Assembly: GCA_028534125.1 (NCBI GenBank) | Contig: CM052818.1 | Span: 8,186,001 to 8,250,000, forward strand | Reading direction: 5' to 3' | Length of the DNA: 64,000 nt | DNA from: Lama glama | Lineage: Eukaryota | In this document: positions 1 to 13,636 of the stretch, piece after piece | How the letters are laid out: every line of letters begins with the position of its first letter | How positions within the stretch are numbered: the first letter of the stretch is position 1 | Position numbers and translations under genes: made by a program | Notes under the pieces: generated by a model | Databases searched by the model: none | Seen by the model: only the letters and a program-made list of their open reading frames with translations | What the model was told of the DNA's origin: nothing

Positions 1-624
1 GTACCATTGTAAAAGTGGATAAAATTATACCTAGTAGATGATACATGCATGAAAGTAAAGACTTGTTCTTGTATTTATTAATATAAAATTCTTCTACAAT
101 TAAGCTAAAAAGAAGTTGTTAATTCTACAAACTAACAATTTAAAATTGTGGTTAACTGTTTACCTACATTATATTGTTTGACTTAGGTGAAGTAGAGCCA
201 AAAGTAGGCTGGCATGAATGTATCTCCTCTCTTTACTGTGTTATGTCAGTTTTCATCTATACCTTCCTACCTCTAGGCATCTTTGCCTAAAGACATAATC
301 CTAAAACCCTTCATAATTAGAAGCACATCAAAGACTAACTGCTCTGCTTAGCTGCAGTGATCTATACAAGACTGTAAACAGATTTATAGTTTTCAGTAAA
401 GTTTCTAAGAATGCAGAATTACCCAACCTTTATTATTTTCTTTGTGGTGACATAATGTTATCAATCACAGAATATAACATATAGTATTAATTATAAATTA
501 CCTATAGATATATTTTCTTTAAATTGTTTATTTTCAAACCTTTCTATTTAAATACTTAGCATATTTTCAAATTGTGAAGTACTACATTACTGAAGGTACA
601 AGGTATCATCTTTTCAGAACTCAC

Positions 625-673
625 CTGGTCATAAATTGACAGTTACTTAGCAAAAGATAACATTAGTGTTTTC
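625..673 (-). other. Candidate 49-nt exon (non-coding or cryptic)
   Basis: The minus strand reads gtttaatgtttgcacctttctccacag|GAAAACAC...TGACCAG|gtgagt, a consensus acceptor and donor. All three frames contain stops. Confidence 0.3.
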
Positions 674-1584
674 CTGTGGAGAAAGGTGCAAACATTAAAC
701 TATCTGGGCTTTAACCCTACTTTTTCTCTTTTTCAGAAAGGAGTCAATGTGTCAAACCATCTTCTCTGACTTAACTTGTAGACTAGTAAACTGTGCTGGT
801 CCAGGAGAGAATAAACTTTCTGCAAGTAAATAATGAAGAATTTTAATAAACAATTGGTATGTCATATTAAGAGGAGCTAATGAAGCTGTGAAGTTAAGAA
901 TAAACAGAACATGTGTTAACTTGGCTAGTATGGAATATAGCAGTATTATCTTTTATCAATAATCCCAAAATATGGATAGACAAAGATTCATACAGTACTA
1001 TGCTACAAACTTTAACAATACTAAGGTGGTAGTCAGGAAAGCTGACTTATTTTGGCTAAACCAGTCAAGACTAACCATCTGCCATCTTAAGTCACTTTAG
1101 GGGGATTCTCAGTTGGCTCATCTATAAAATAAGGACCTAGAACTAGACGAGGATCAGTCTTTTCAGCACTAAAATTCTGTGCATATGATTAGACAGAACC
1201 CAAATTAACATACAACTCTGAAAAAAAATCATTTGTGCATATCCACCTAATAGTAGAAACCCATACTGAAAATAAATCTGAATATTCTCTTAAGAGGGGG
1301 CTTGCTTTATTCAAAAATACTTTTGAATTAAGTTCTCTTAAATAGTACCTTTAAAAGATGACTTATTTTATACTGAAATTTATTTAGCAAGAGGTGTAAC
1401 ATCAAGGTGTCCAAGCAGAGGCGCTAATACAGAAACTAAAGAATTTCTAAATAAACAGAATGGTTTCACATATATTAGCTGACAAAATTTTGGACCTTTT
1501 GCAGGTATTTTACCTGTATAAAATTCTCTATATAACATGTCAGAATTCATATCCATTCCGGTGGTAATCTTCAGATACTCTTAC

Positions 1585-1602
1585 CATGTCCCCAAGAAAT
1601 CG
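1585..1602 (-). other. Candidate 18-nt microexon (alternative donor at 1514 would give 89 nt)
   Basis: The minus strand reads t12-gagtag|CGATTTCTTGGGGACATG|gtaaga. A second donor CAG|gtaaaa lies at 1514. Confidence 0.2.
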
Positions 1603-1941
1603 CTACTCAAAAAAAAAAAAGTTACATAGTTGGTCCATAAAGTTTATGAGTGAAAAATCACGCACCTACTTTATCAAAATTAAGTAGTATCTTTATGTGT
1701 TTTTAACCATTCTTATAGTTTATAAAATGGCTTTATATAACCGTAAATCTATTTCTCAAGGAGAATCAGGGTTTTTATAGTGACTTATATTCCAAGAGCT
1801 TAAAGAAAATAAAATGATTTACATTCCCAGATCTGATCATCCTACAGTTTGCTGTGGGGTAGAATTTAGTTTAAAGGTGATCTACTTCAGCCCCCCACTG
1901 CAGACACATACAAGTTCAAGAAATGTAGATGTTAGGAACTC

Positions 1942-2157
1942 CAGTGATGCACCAGGGCTGGCTTTTTGGCCTTTCAAGTGCCAAATGAGATTATCCCTTC
2001 CCAACTCCAAGTTTAGGGACATCACGTTGGTGCCTCAAAACTGGCCACAGTCTCTCACACCACAGGATCAGGAAACTGGTTGATGGTGAGTGTGGGGCTT
2101 TTGTTATGGTCTGGTTTTTGAAGAGCTGGTTGTTAATCATTTAACAAAACATCACTG
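1942..2157 (+). mobile_element. MER63A-like hAT-Blackjack MITE
   Basis: Perfect 8-bp terminal inverted repeats cagtgatg...catcactg. Internal cttcccaactcc...gacatcacgttggt and the end gagctggttgttaa match the recalled MER63 consensus. Confidence 0.8.
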
Positions 2158-2346
2158 AGGTGATCTGAGGTTATGGTTCCTGAAGGCCAAGTCTCCATAT
2201 ATCAAAGAAAGACCTGTAAACTGTTCCTGATTCTACAACTCCCAGAACTGAATTTTTAACATTCATATATCCTTCTCCAGAAGGATAAATGAGGAAGTAG
2301 GGTCCATATCATAGATGATTTATTGCTTGCCTTTGAACCTATATAG

Positions 2347-2651
2347 CAATGTTGTCCAACAGAAATACAAACCAAACCACATACATAACCTTAATTTTTC
2401 TACTGAGAGTTTAAAGTACATCACAAATTGGATGTTAAACTTTCATTGGAAATACTTACTATTTAATTTCATAATTTCAGGTACCCACGTTGGCCTATAA
2501 ATTATTTTAAAAATTTACAATTACTAAATTGAGTGCTTTTAAATTTAAAATTTTTTTAGTAAAATTTAAAAATTAGTTCCTCAATCATACTAGCCATATT
2601 TCAAGAGTTCAATAGCTACACATAGTACTAGTTACCATACTGAACAGCACT
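2347..2651. mobile_element. MER33/MER3-type hAT-Charlie MITE
   Basis: Starts caatgttgtccaacagaaat and ends tagccatatttcaagagttcaatagctacaca...ccatactgaacagcac, matching MER3/MER33 termini. Confidence 0.65.
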
Positions 2652-3349
2652 TCAGGAGTTTTCCAGAAGCTTGGGCCTTATTCTGTGCCAGCCTGAAGTG
2701 TAGAATCAAATGAATTATTTCACTTTTCAGTGCCTCAGTTTTCTGAAACAATAACCTCAGAAGAAGAATCAATCAGTAGTTACAACAATTTAATAGCTAT
2801 TCTAATGATTGCTATAGTATGAAATTACTCACATGATATAGCATCTGCCATTTGTGGTATGTCAGGTTATTTAACAATTAACTCATCAACCAGTAGTTCC
2901 TTATGAAGGCGAACTTAACCTTGTTAGATGTTAGTAGCAATAAATGCTAAGCATTTATAGTGTTTTTCATCTTTAAAGGGCTTTACAAATTGTAATTAAT
3001 TGGATAACATATCATTCTTGAGGCCAAAGGAGGCCTTTCTATTCAACAAAAACCTTCCATACACTTGTCATATACTTTGTACTACAATCTACATAAATTT
3101 AAGTGTTAATCTTATTCCTGAGATGAACTAGTCAAAATACTTGCTTCAGCTTTTCTGATCCTGAGTGCAAGCAGCTAATCTCAGCAGAGAAAAATGGTGC
3201 TTCTATAATGTTCATCACCTATGTGTTACTAACAAAAGTCAAGCACAAGTTTACTGATTATATTAAAAAATATTTTAAAGTCCCACTTTTACACTACTTA
3301 ACCTCCTCTAAACTGCCATCAGAACCATAATAACACCATCCATTTTTAC

Positions 3350-4000
3350 AGGCTTTGCAGTATTCATAGTGCTTGCCTGCATAATTTTATTATCTCAACA
3401 ATCCTAAAAGATAAACAGGACAGATGTTATGCCCATTTTTTGGATGAAATTCAGTAAGGCTGAGTGACTTGCTTACATAGTTACATAGTGTTAAGTGCAA
3501 CAACTAGAGCCAGAATCCAAGTCTGATGATTTTAGCCACCATTTATCAAGTGCACACTATATTTTGGAGAGTGTGTTGAACACTCTGTGCATTACCTCAT
3601 TAATGGTCACAGCAGTCTCACAACATACCTATTTTATAGATGAGGAAAGTATAGTACAGAGCAACTATTATACATATGTCCTTTTTTCCTCAATGCATAT
3701 GTTAACTTCTCTACAGTGTGGAATCTAGAAATGGAATATTATCAGGGTAGGAGAATAAAGGAACCAATCTTCATCAAAGATAAAATTTGCAATAGTCTAG
3801 CAAATGTTAGTCACCCAGGACAGTGCTAAGCTCTGTGGTACCTGTCATGTTTCATATTTACAACAACCAAACAACCCTAAGAATTAAGTATTAGTTTCCC
3901 CATTTATAAGTAAGGACAGAAACTCAAAAGTGACAGAAGCAGAATTTAAACCCATTCCTGTTTGGTTCCAAATCTCACTCATACTGTGAACCACTTCACC
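3350..4000 (-). mobile_element. Cluster of degraded MIR SINE fragments
   Basis: MIR core motifs in antisense: cccattttttggatgaa...gtgacttgc, attttatagatgaggaaa, cccatttataagtaaggacagaaactca. Confidence 0.55.
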
Positions 4001-5549
4001 ATTCTGGTTTTTATTTCAAGTCCACTGTAATTTCCCATATTGTTCACTGCCTAATGTTGCTTGTTACTCATTTTTGGAGTTGTTTTGCTTTCTGTGGGTT
4101 TTTTTGTTTTTTTGGTGGGGTGGGCATAAAATAAAGTGAGAAGGTTTTCTTTGTCATCTTTACCATGTTATGCTTACAGTGCCCAAAGCGAGTACTTACA
4201 CCATTTTCAAAGCATAATGCAGGAAAGTAGCTTTGAGCACTGTCATACAATCTTTATAATAATTTGAGCAGTGAGCTGGCAGGTTACAGTACTAATGGGG
4301 AACTGAATTTCTGTAACTTTAGACTTTGAGCTAAACAGTTCCTTTACCTATTAAATGACAAACTTCAGCAATTTTTCTAGAGTTAAAGGAAACTGACTTG
4401 TTCATTCAGTGGGTATTTTGATTTAAATCTATTTATAGTAACAAAATATGAGACAAAGGACTAAGCATTGTTATAGTAAATTTTCTTATGATGTGGCTAA
4501 ATAATTTACATTAATGAAGACTATTAAGTGTGTGAAGAGTGATTCTCTTCAGTCAGAAAAAACCCTTTTTCTCTCAAATTGCCTGAAATCCTTATGAACT
4601 TCTCATTTCACGTTGCCCTAGTAATCAGAAATAAAAGTATTAAGATCTTCAAGCACCATAAATACTTCCAGGATGAATTCTCTGTTAAAATTTAATTAGT
4701 TCTTTTATTTTTCTGGCTAAAGTTAGTTACTATGTTCCTGGTAAGACTACCTCTAAGAAGGAAGTAAAACAAGTTTATGCACATACATTGATATGCAATG
4801 TCAGAAGAGAAAATGTGAGTAACATGTTTCTAGTAAAACTCCTACCTTATCTCGAATTAGGTTCTTCATAAATGTATGCACTATAATAATGTATAGAAAT
4901 GACTATTTCATTATTTTCTTTATAGATTTTCCAACCTAATAGTCTAGGTATTTGGAACACATTCATTTAAGCAGAAGAAATAGCTGGCAAATATTTTTAT
5001 GTCAGGTGGTATGCATGCTGTTTATAACCTTTCTTCTGTTTAGTCAATATAAGGTAACTTGATGTGACAGGGTGTGTGACATATCACAAAGAGGACTAAG
5101 GTCAGGAATTTTATGAGATCTTAAAAAACAATACCTTTAGAAAGGATTTAAATAAATAGTACTTTAAAGATCTGTAGAGTATATAGTCCCTCATCCCCCC
5201 CACCCCCGATTATCAAAGAATTGAGCTTAAGTGCTTAGGAAAGTCTTTTACTCAGAAAAAAGCAAATATCTCGCAACTCGGGTAGGGGAAGAATCTCTTA
5301 AGTTCCTTTACAGTTTAGAGTGCCTACCAAAACATATATCTATTTAGAGTTTATACATCTATTTGTTGACAATTCAATGATAAATTTATGTTTCTATCAC
5401 CTATTTACCCCTTTTTTCTGAAGCCTTTGCAAATTATTTAGCTGTCATTACAGACTCCTGTCCCAAAGCATGAAGTTTCAACAAAAAGTATGATTAGATC
5501 ACCAGATGTGCTTCTCATGGGCCAAATTTTGTTTTTATCATAGTAAAAT

Positions 5550-6135
5550 GAGTGTGTACTTTTTAAAGTAAATGGTAAAGTATAACACACATTTAGAAGA
5601 ATATACATACTGTAAATATTCAACTCAGTAAACAGATCCATATAACGAAACTAAACTTTACTAGCCCCACCAAAAGGCCCCCTTATCCCACTTTCTCATA
5701 CCTGCAAACGATAAACATTCCTGACTTCTAAATACTACAAATCAGTTTTATTTGATCTTGGAAAAGAATGCATTTCACTTAACATAACTTTTATGAAATG
5801 TACCCATATTATTATGTATATTTATCATATATTCCATTTTTTATATATATATATATCACAACTTATTTGTCACTGATGGACTTTTCAGTTGTTGCCAGTT
5901 TGGGGCTCTTAGAAATATTCTACATATCCTTTCTGAATATACCTATCCACTTATGCATACATTCAACTTTAGTAGGTGCCTCCAAAGATTTCACTAGAGT
6001 AACTGAAACAATTTTCATGTTTATTATCAGTACATGAGAATTCCAGTTTATCCCCTTCCTTGCCAACAGTTATCCCCTGCCACCACCATTTTACTCATTC
6101 TAGAAGGTGTATAGTGGTATTATGTTGTATATGTA
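5550..6135 (-). mobile_element. Old L1 (L1ME-like) 3' fragment
   Basis: Antisense L1 3' motifs catttcacttaacata, tgagaattccagtt...ccttgccaaca, gtgtatagtggtat. Confidence 0.6.
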
Positions 6136-6964
6136 TACAATCATGTTATATGCATTGTGTATGACATAATACATGTGTAATTAAAATGGAACAGATTATT
6201 TCTAAAAATTTTATCCAGATTTCTGTTTGTTCTAAGATGGAATACTGGTTGCTGTAAACTCTTCCATTCCACCTGAAAGCAAAGTTTTAACATACATTTT
6301 TCTTTATATTTTATCTTTCACGTAATTTTTAAAGTAATTTATATTAAACATAGGGTTAGTGACTATTTTGTTGAGATAAAACTTACAAAATGTAAAGTTA
6401 ACCATTTTATCTATTTTAAAATGTACAAGTGACTGGTTTGCAGTATATGGGTCAGTGACATTTTATACAAGATTATAATTATCTTTAGATTGCACTGTAT
6501 GTCATTGGTATATTCTGCAGCTATTTAATAAGCAACAAAAATCTAGTAAAATAATATGAACATAAGGTACAGAAATAACTCATTTTTTTCTAATGAGCAT
6601 TTATCTAGCGACTTAAACTAAACATGATTGAAAACAGAAATCAAGAAAGACTTTCAGTTAGTCAAAAGAGATACCACAAAGCCCATGTGCTAAAGTAGTC
6701 TTATATACTTCATTCATTTGGAACTTATTTCTTACAAGATTGAGAAGCTTACAAGTTTTTTTTTTTTCTGATTGCAGCACAAAAAAGCTCATGGCAGTAG
6801 TTAGAACAAGTGGAAGCATAAATGAGAAGAGGGAGAGAATATTTGAAAAACATGAAAAAAAATTACACAATCTGTGGCACAACTGAGTCAGCTCCAAAGA
6901 CATAAGTATATTCAAACACATTCAGTTAGTAACTAATATAGTTAAATACAACTCCAATCAAAAC

Positions 6965-9910
6965 CTCAAATAAGCAAACAAACTGGACAACCTAGAAGAA
7001 ATGAATAAATTCCTAGAAACATGTATCTAACCAGAATCATGAAAAAAAATAGAAAATCTCAGTAAGATTATTACATAAGAAGACTGAATCAGTAATATAA
7101 AACCTATCAACAAACAGAAATCCAGGACCAGATGAACTCACTGGTGAATTTTACCAAACAGTTAAAGAAGAATTAATAGCAATTCCTCTCAAAGTCTTCC
7201 AAAATGAAGACATGCAAGAACACTTCCAAACTCATTCTGTGAGGCCAGCATTACCCTAATGCCAAAACCAGACAGGGACACTACAAAAAAATTATAGGCC
7301 AATATGCCTGATAAACATAGAAGCAAAAACTCAAAAAAAAATAAAATATGAGCAAACTGAATTCAAAACTCCACTGAAAGAATTATACACCATGATCAAG
7401 TGGGATTTACTCCACAGATGCAAAGATGATAAACATCTGCAAATTAATCAGTGTGATACACCACATTAACAAAATGAAAGATAAAGATAATATTATCTCA
7501 ATAGTTGCAGAAAAAGCATTTGACAAAATTCAACATCCATTTTTCATAAAAACCCTCAACAAAGAAGGTATAGAGGAAATGTATCTCAACAAAATAAAGG
7601 CCATGTTTGACAAACCAACAACTAACATCATACTCAACAGTGAAAAGCTGAAAGCTTTTCCTCTAGGATGATGAACAAGACAAGAATGCCCACTTTTGCC
7701 ACTTTGAATCAACATAGTATTAGAGGTTCTAACCAAAGCAATTAGACAAGAAAAAGAAAGTCATTTAGATCAGAAGGGAAGAAGTAAAATTGTCATGATT
7801 TCCAGATGACACAATATTATATACAGAAAACCCTAAGGACTCCACCAAAAAACTGTTAGGACTAAGAAACAAATTCATTATAGACTTTCAGGATACAAAA
7901 TCAGTTTTCAAAAATTTGTGTTTCTGTACTCTAATACTGAATAATCAGAAATAGAAATTAAGAAAACAATCCTATTTAAAGTTGAATAAAAAAGAATAAA
8001 AAATCTATAAGTAAATTTAAATAGTTGAAAGACCTGTACACTGAAAACTACATGAAATTGAAAAGGAATTGAATAAGGTACAATAAATGGAAAGATAAAT
8101 CATGTTCATGGGATGGAAGAATTAATATTGTTAAGACTCATACTACCAAAAGCAATCTACAGATTCAGTGCAATCCCTATCAAAATTCCAATGGCATTTT
8201 TCATGAAAATAGGACACACAGTCCTAAAATTTGTATGGAAACACACAAGCCCCCCCCCCCAAATACCCAAAGCAATCTTGGGGAAGAAGAACTGAAGGCA
8301 TCAAGCTTCCTGGGTACTACAGTAATGAAAACTGTGGTGTAGGCATTAAAACAGACACAAAGACCAATCAAACAGAATAGACAGCCCAGAAATAAATCCA
8401 TTCAACCAAGGCCAATTAATTCATGACAAAGGAGCTGAGGATAGTAAACAAGGATATTCTCTTTAATCAATGGTATCAGGGCTGTACAACTGTACAGCCG
8501 CATGCAAAAGAATTAAACTGGACCACAATCTTACACCATACAAAAAAATTAACTCAAAATGGATCAAAAACTTGAATATAAGAACTGAAACCATAAAATT
8601 CCTAGAAGAAAAGACAGGTGTTAAGCTCCTTGATATCATTCTTCGCAAGGATACATTTAATGCCAAAAGCAAACAAAAATAAGTGGGACTACATCAAACT
8701 AACTGGAAACTATCAACCAAATTTTAAAAAGCAGCCTACATAATGAGAGAAAGTATTTTCAAACCATATGCCATAAAGAGTTAATATCCAAAATATGTAA
8801 GAAATCCATACATCTTAATAGAAAAATAATCCAAATAAAAATGGGCAGAGGCTCTGGAAAGACATTTTTCCAAAGATGACATACCAGTGGCCAACAGGTA
8901 TATGAAGAGATGATCGACATCACTAATGATAACAGAAATGCAAATCAAAACAACAACGAGATATCATTTCACACCTGTGAGAATTACTGTACTCAAAAAG
9001 ACAAGAAGTAACAAGTGTTGGTGATGATGTGGTGAAAGGGAACCCTTATGCACCTTCGGTGTGAGTGTAAGTTGGCCCAGTCACTACAGAAAATGATATG
9101 GAGAGTCCTCAAAAACTTTAAAATGGAACTACCATTTGATCAAGTAATTCCACTTCTGGGTCATTTATCTGAAGGAAATGAAGATATTAACTGAAAAATC
9201 TATCTGCACCCCTGTGTTCTTTGTGGCATTATATACAGTAGCCAAGACACAGAAGCAGCCTAAGTATCTATCAATGGATGAATGGATAAGAAAATGTGGT
9301 GTGTGTGTGGATGGATGGATAGATACACATACACATACATACATGTATATGTATATATATGTGTGTGTGTGTATAAATATATATATAGTAGAATATTATT
9401 AAGCCATAAAAAGGAAGGAAACCTTGCCATTTGTGACAACATAGATGGACCTTGAGAGCAATTCTGCTAAGTGAAATAAATTGGAGAAACACAAATAGTG
9501 TATGATTTCACCTATATTGGAATCTAAAAAAAACCTTCAGATAGAGAAGAGACTGGTAGTTACCAGAGGCAGGGGCTGGCCAAAATGAGTGAAGCTGTTC
9601 AAAAGGCACAAACTTCCAGTTGTAAGATAGGTAAGTCCTGGAGATATAATGTACACCACAATGATTATACCTAAATGTACTGTATTGTATATTTAGAAGT
9701 TGCTAGGAAAGTAAATCTTAAAAGTTCTCATCACAAGAAAAAGATTGTAACTATGTATGGTAATGGATGTTAACTCATCTTATTTCTAGTAATCATTTTC
9801 AGATATATATAAATTTAAAAAATCATGTTGTACATCTAAACTAATACAATGTTATATGTCAATTATGTGTCATTTAAAAAAGAGAAGAAAGAGAAAACAA
9901 AAAATAAAAT
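6965..9910 (+). mobile_element. 5'-truncated L1 (L1MA9-like): ORF2 remnants, 3' UTR and A-rich tail
   Basis: ORF track peptides are ORF2p-like ([55 protein letters not shown]). The 3' UTR has aaagttctcatcacaagaaaaa, and the frame is broken by many stops and frameshifts. Confidence 0.93.
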
Positions 9911-9914
9911 AATA

Positions 9915-10950
9915 TACCTAAGCCCTAGAAGAGCAATACTTAAATGTCAGTGGTCTAAATATATCAATTTAAATGCAGACATTTGCAGGCTGTTAAAAAA
10001 AAAAAAGACCCAGTGTATATACAGTTTACCAGAGACTCATTTCAGGTATAATGATACAAGTAGGCTGTGTGTAAAAGGATACAGAAAGATATACTACCCA
10101 AACATTAGTGAAAAGAAATCAGGAGTAGCTCTATTAGTGTCAGATAATGTAGACTTCAGAGCGGAAAAAAAAATTACCAGGGAGATTCACAGAGGGACAT
10201 TACATAATCATAAAAGACCAATCCACTAAGAGGACATACTTAACCTAAATGTGTATGCACTAAACAAAAGAGCTACCAAATAAGTGAAGCTAAAGAGTGA
10301 CAGAATTAAAAGAAGAATTAGAGAAGCCCACAGTTGTCAGAGACATCAACAGCCCTCTCCGAACAATTTACTGGTAAAACCAGACAGAAATGCAGCGAGG
10401 AGATAGAATAGCTCAACAGCACTGTAACTTAGCCAACATCAGAACATATATTCTTTTCAATTGCTTGTGAAATATACGCCAAGATAGACCATATCCTTAG
10501 CCAAAAAAAAAAATTTTTTTTCAACTATTTTACTGGTGAAGGGACAGACAGAGATCAATGAAACAGGATAAAAAAAAAACCCAGACATAGACCCACACAA
10601 ATAAGCCCAAATGACTTTACAAAAGTACAAGAGCAATTCATTGGAGGAAGGATAGCTTTTCAACAAATGTGATGGAACAACTTGATAACCATAGGCAAAA
10701 ACAAATGTGCCTTGTTCTCGACTTCACACCAGAAGAATTCTGAGATATGACTCTGAAATCATAACTGATAAAATATTGATAAATAGGAGTTACTAAAAAA
10801 AAGGCTTTTGCTCTGTGAAAGACCATCTCAAGACGATGAAAAGACAAGCTATAGATTGGGAGAAAATACCTGCAAACCACATATCTGACAAGGTCCTTTT
10901 ATCTGGAATACAGAAAGAAATCTCAAAACTCAGCAATAACAGGAACCAAT
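9915..10950 (+). mobile_element. Older L1 ORF2 fragment (endonuclease start joined to C-terminal part by an internal deletion near 10520)
   Basis: The peptide IYSLPETHFRY...KKSGVALLVSDNVDFR is the L1 endonuclease N-terminus. Later gattgggagaaaatacctgcaaaccacatatctgacaagg is late ORF2. Confidence 0.85.
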
Positions 10951-11168
10951 TTTCTAAAACTATGAAGTTCTAAAACAAATGGAGAACTTTTATTGGTTTA
11001 AACTCTGCTTCTACCACCCAGATCTATGCCTCTGAGTTAAAACTATGTACCAGATTACCACATAAACAATAGAATACAGACAGATAATACATAAAGAAAA
11101 AAGAAAAATTACCAAGGATTCATGTTTGGGGCAGCAGGGGAAGGAGATGTAGTCAGCATAGCCATAGA

Positions 11169-11298
11169 TTTGGGGGGGGGGTAATTTGTTTTATTTATCT
11201 TATTTGTTTATTTATGTTTAGAGGTGGTACTGAGGATTGAACCCAGGACCTCATACATGCTAAGCAAGCACTCGACCACTTGAGCTATAGCCCCCTCC
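11169..11298 (-). mobile_element. Camelid tRNA-derived SINE (Vic-1 type), long form
   Basis: The reverse complement has tagctcaagtggtcgagtgcttgcttagcatgtatgaggtcctgggttcaatcc (A and B boxes), followed by an A-rich linker and aattaccccc. Confidence 0.88.
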
Positions 11299-12783
11299 TA
11301 CAATACATCCTTTTTTCCTGTTTGTTTTTTTTTCTGTTCCTTAATGTGAATATTCAATAAACCACTGAAGATAATGTGCATATATATTTAGGTCATTTAT
11401 ATTAGCATTTCCAGATGTGTAAAAGTTACTACATAGAAAATTTGGAAGCAAGGCAGAACAAGTACTTCAAAGACAAAATTTTAACAAGTTTAAATATAAT
11501 TTTTACAATTTTAATACATTATATCAATTGCAAGGAAATTTTGCTCTTTTAGATGGAATAGAAGTCTTTGCTTGACGACTTAAATATTAATCTTGGGTTT
11601 CAAACACTGTTGTAATTGCATGGCCTTTTAAAAGCCTTTGGGTAGAAGAATGATAAAAAATGTGGTTTTAGTTATTGGCATGCCTGTGCAACAAAGCATT
11701 TGGGAGATGTGACTGACAGGCCAGGACTGTGTATAAGGGGAAACCTATGCTTATGTCTGCTTCAATGACTTTATTAGCCACACCCTACTTGTAAATTGTA
11801 GGATGTCATTCAAAGTAACATAGTGATACTTTAAACAAGTCAGGTTATAATACCTCTACTTCTTTTGTCTTAATGCCTAAAGGTAAATTCAGAAAATGCT
11901 GCTGTGTTTGGGCTCATAAAAGCATCTATCAGGAAAACACTAAAAAGACCAAATAGTCAAGAGCAATGCAAAGATTTATGACACTATGCATATATGTAAT
12001 TTGTATGTTGAAACATCACAGATAATTCAGACATCAGTATAGTTCAGCAGCTATTTCAGATCGAGGATTAAGAAAATAATTTTATTAATTGTTGCAGGTT
12101 TTTAACCAGTATTTTAATATATGCTGTTAATAATATATGCTGAATTAAAATTGCTATTAACACCAAAAGCTTCACTGGAGACCTTTAGGGAAATCTGTGT
12201 TTTATAGCATGGTGTATTTTATGAGAAATTTCTAGTTTTACAATAAAATATTTAAGTAAATGTAGAAACAAATATATACTCACATCATACTTTTCTAAGA
12301 GCTGCATAATTTTGAACTGACATAAGGGATAAACACAAATATTACATTTTATTGACTTCTTACTAATATTAGTCTAAATATTCCTTCCTGAATATTAGAT
12401 AATTTAATCTTAACTAGTCTTAATAATAAAAGTAATATAAACTCATCAAAATAATGCAAATTGTACAGAAAAGTATAGTCTAGTCAATGAAAATCCATCA
12501 TGATCTGCTCCTTCTAACTTGACCAAATTTGCAACAAAACTTGTGTGGTCTAAATTTCAATAAGATAATAATTCAAATGTCTAGTTTTTAGAAGTATTTA
12601 AGGTTTTAATACCTGTACCTTGAATTACCAAGTAACTTAGTATTCAATACTGACCCTTCTAATTTTCATATCTGGATGGATATGAAAGATATATAATGAA
12701 TTGAGGCAAACTTAAGAGACATTATGTAGTTAAGTCTTTATCTCTGGATTCAACTGTAGGATTCTTGGGTTTTTCTTTTTTAG

Positions 12784-12832
12784 GTAGACCAAACTACAGA
12801 ACTATGTCTCAGGAAGCCTATTTATCTGACAA
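12784..12832 (+). other. Candidate 49-nt internal exon
   Basis: tttttctttttt-ag|GTAGACC...CTGACAA|gtaaga in unique DNA. Two frames are open (VDQTTELCLRKPIYLT; RPNYRTMSQEAYLSD). Confidence 0.35.
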
Positions 12833-13253
12833 GTAAGAAAAGATAAACACCTGTAAGATTATGTTTAAAGCCCAAACTAGTTTTGAAGTAACAAGAAAGG
12901 GAAAGCTAACAGTTCAAATTTCAGTCACTTTTCATCTCAACCCATCAGTGTGTGCACTGGTCCATTAATTATGTGGCCCAACAGAAAATGATATGTTAGT
13001 CATCTCTTTTACTCCAGGATGACAGATGTGAAGTAAGATTTTTGTTCAAGAGAAAGAAAGTTATTTCAAATACTTTATCTCTTGGTCTCAAGAATTTACC
13101 TAAGTCATGAGTGAAAATGAAAAATGACTAATTGAGGACCAAAGTAATTGTTTTGATGATCATTCTGTTAGAACCAAAGTAAAATTGCAGAGGAGTGATT
13201 TAAAACCTATGATTCTAATGGAGTCAGCTTTTCTACATTAATGAAGTATTCTT

Positions 13254-13283
13254 TTTTAGTATATGTGCTGCCGAAGCGTGCAC
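13254..13283 (-). pseudogene. RNU6: 3'-truncated U6 snRNA retrocopy (first 30 nt)
   Basis: The reverse complement GTGCACGCTTCGGCAGCACATATACTAAAA matches the U6 5' end (GTGCTCGCTTCGG...) with one mismatch. Perfect 15-bp TSD taatgaagtattctt at 13239-13253 and 13284-13298. Confidence 0.95.
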
Positions 13284-13301
13284 TAATGAAGTATTCTTAA
13301 G

Positions 13302-13636
13302 TAAAGGTCAGTAGATTATTTTCTGTAAAGGGCCAGATGGTAAATATTTTAGAATCCGTGGGACATAGTTTCTGTCACAACTATTCAACTCGTACTCTGT
13401 CATTGTGCAAAAGCAGCCATAGACAATATGTAAATAAAAGATCAAGGCTGAGTTTCAATAAAACTTTATTCATGGACATTGAAATGTAAGTCTCAGATAA
13501 CGTTCACATGTCACAAAGTATTCTTCTATTGACTTTCTTCCAACCATTGAAAATGTAAAAATCATTCTTAGCTTACACATTGCAGAAAAACAGACAGAGG
13601 GCCGGATTTGGCCTGTTCACAGTTTGGTGACCCTTG
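13302..13636. mobile_element. MER58B-like hAT-Charlie element
   Basis: ttctgtaaagggccagatggtaaatatttta...gcagccatagacaatatgtaaa...gggccggatttggcc...gtttggtgacccttg. Confidence 0.88.

Noticed and set aside
4200..4291. Possible minus-strand exon (ccccattag|TACTG...AATGGT|gtaagt)
   Set aside because: The donor is good but the acceptor tract is weak and the peptide is unrecognised, so support is too low.
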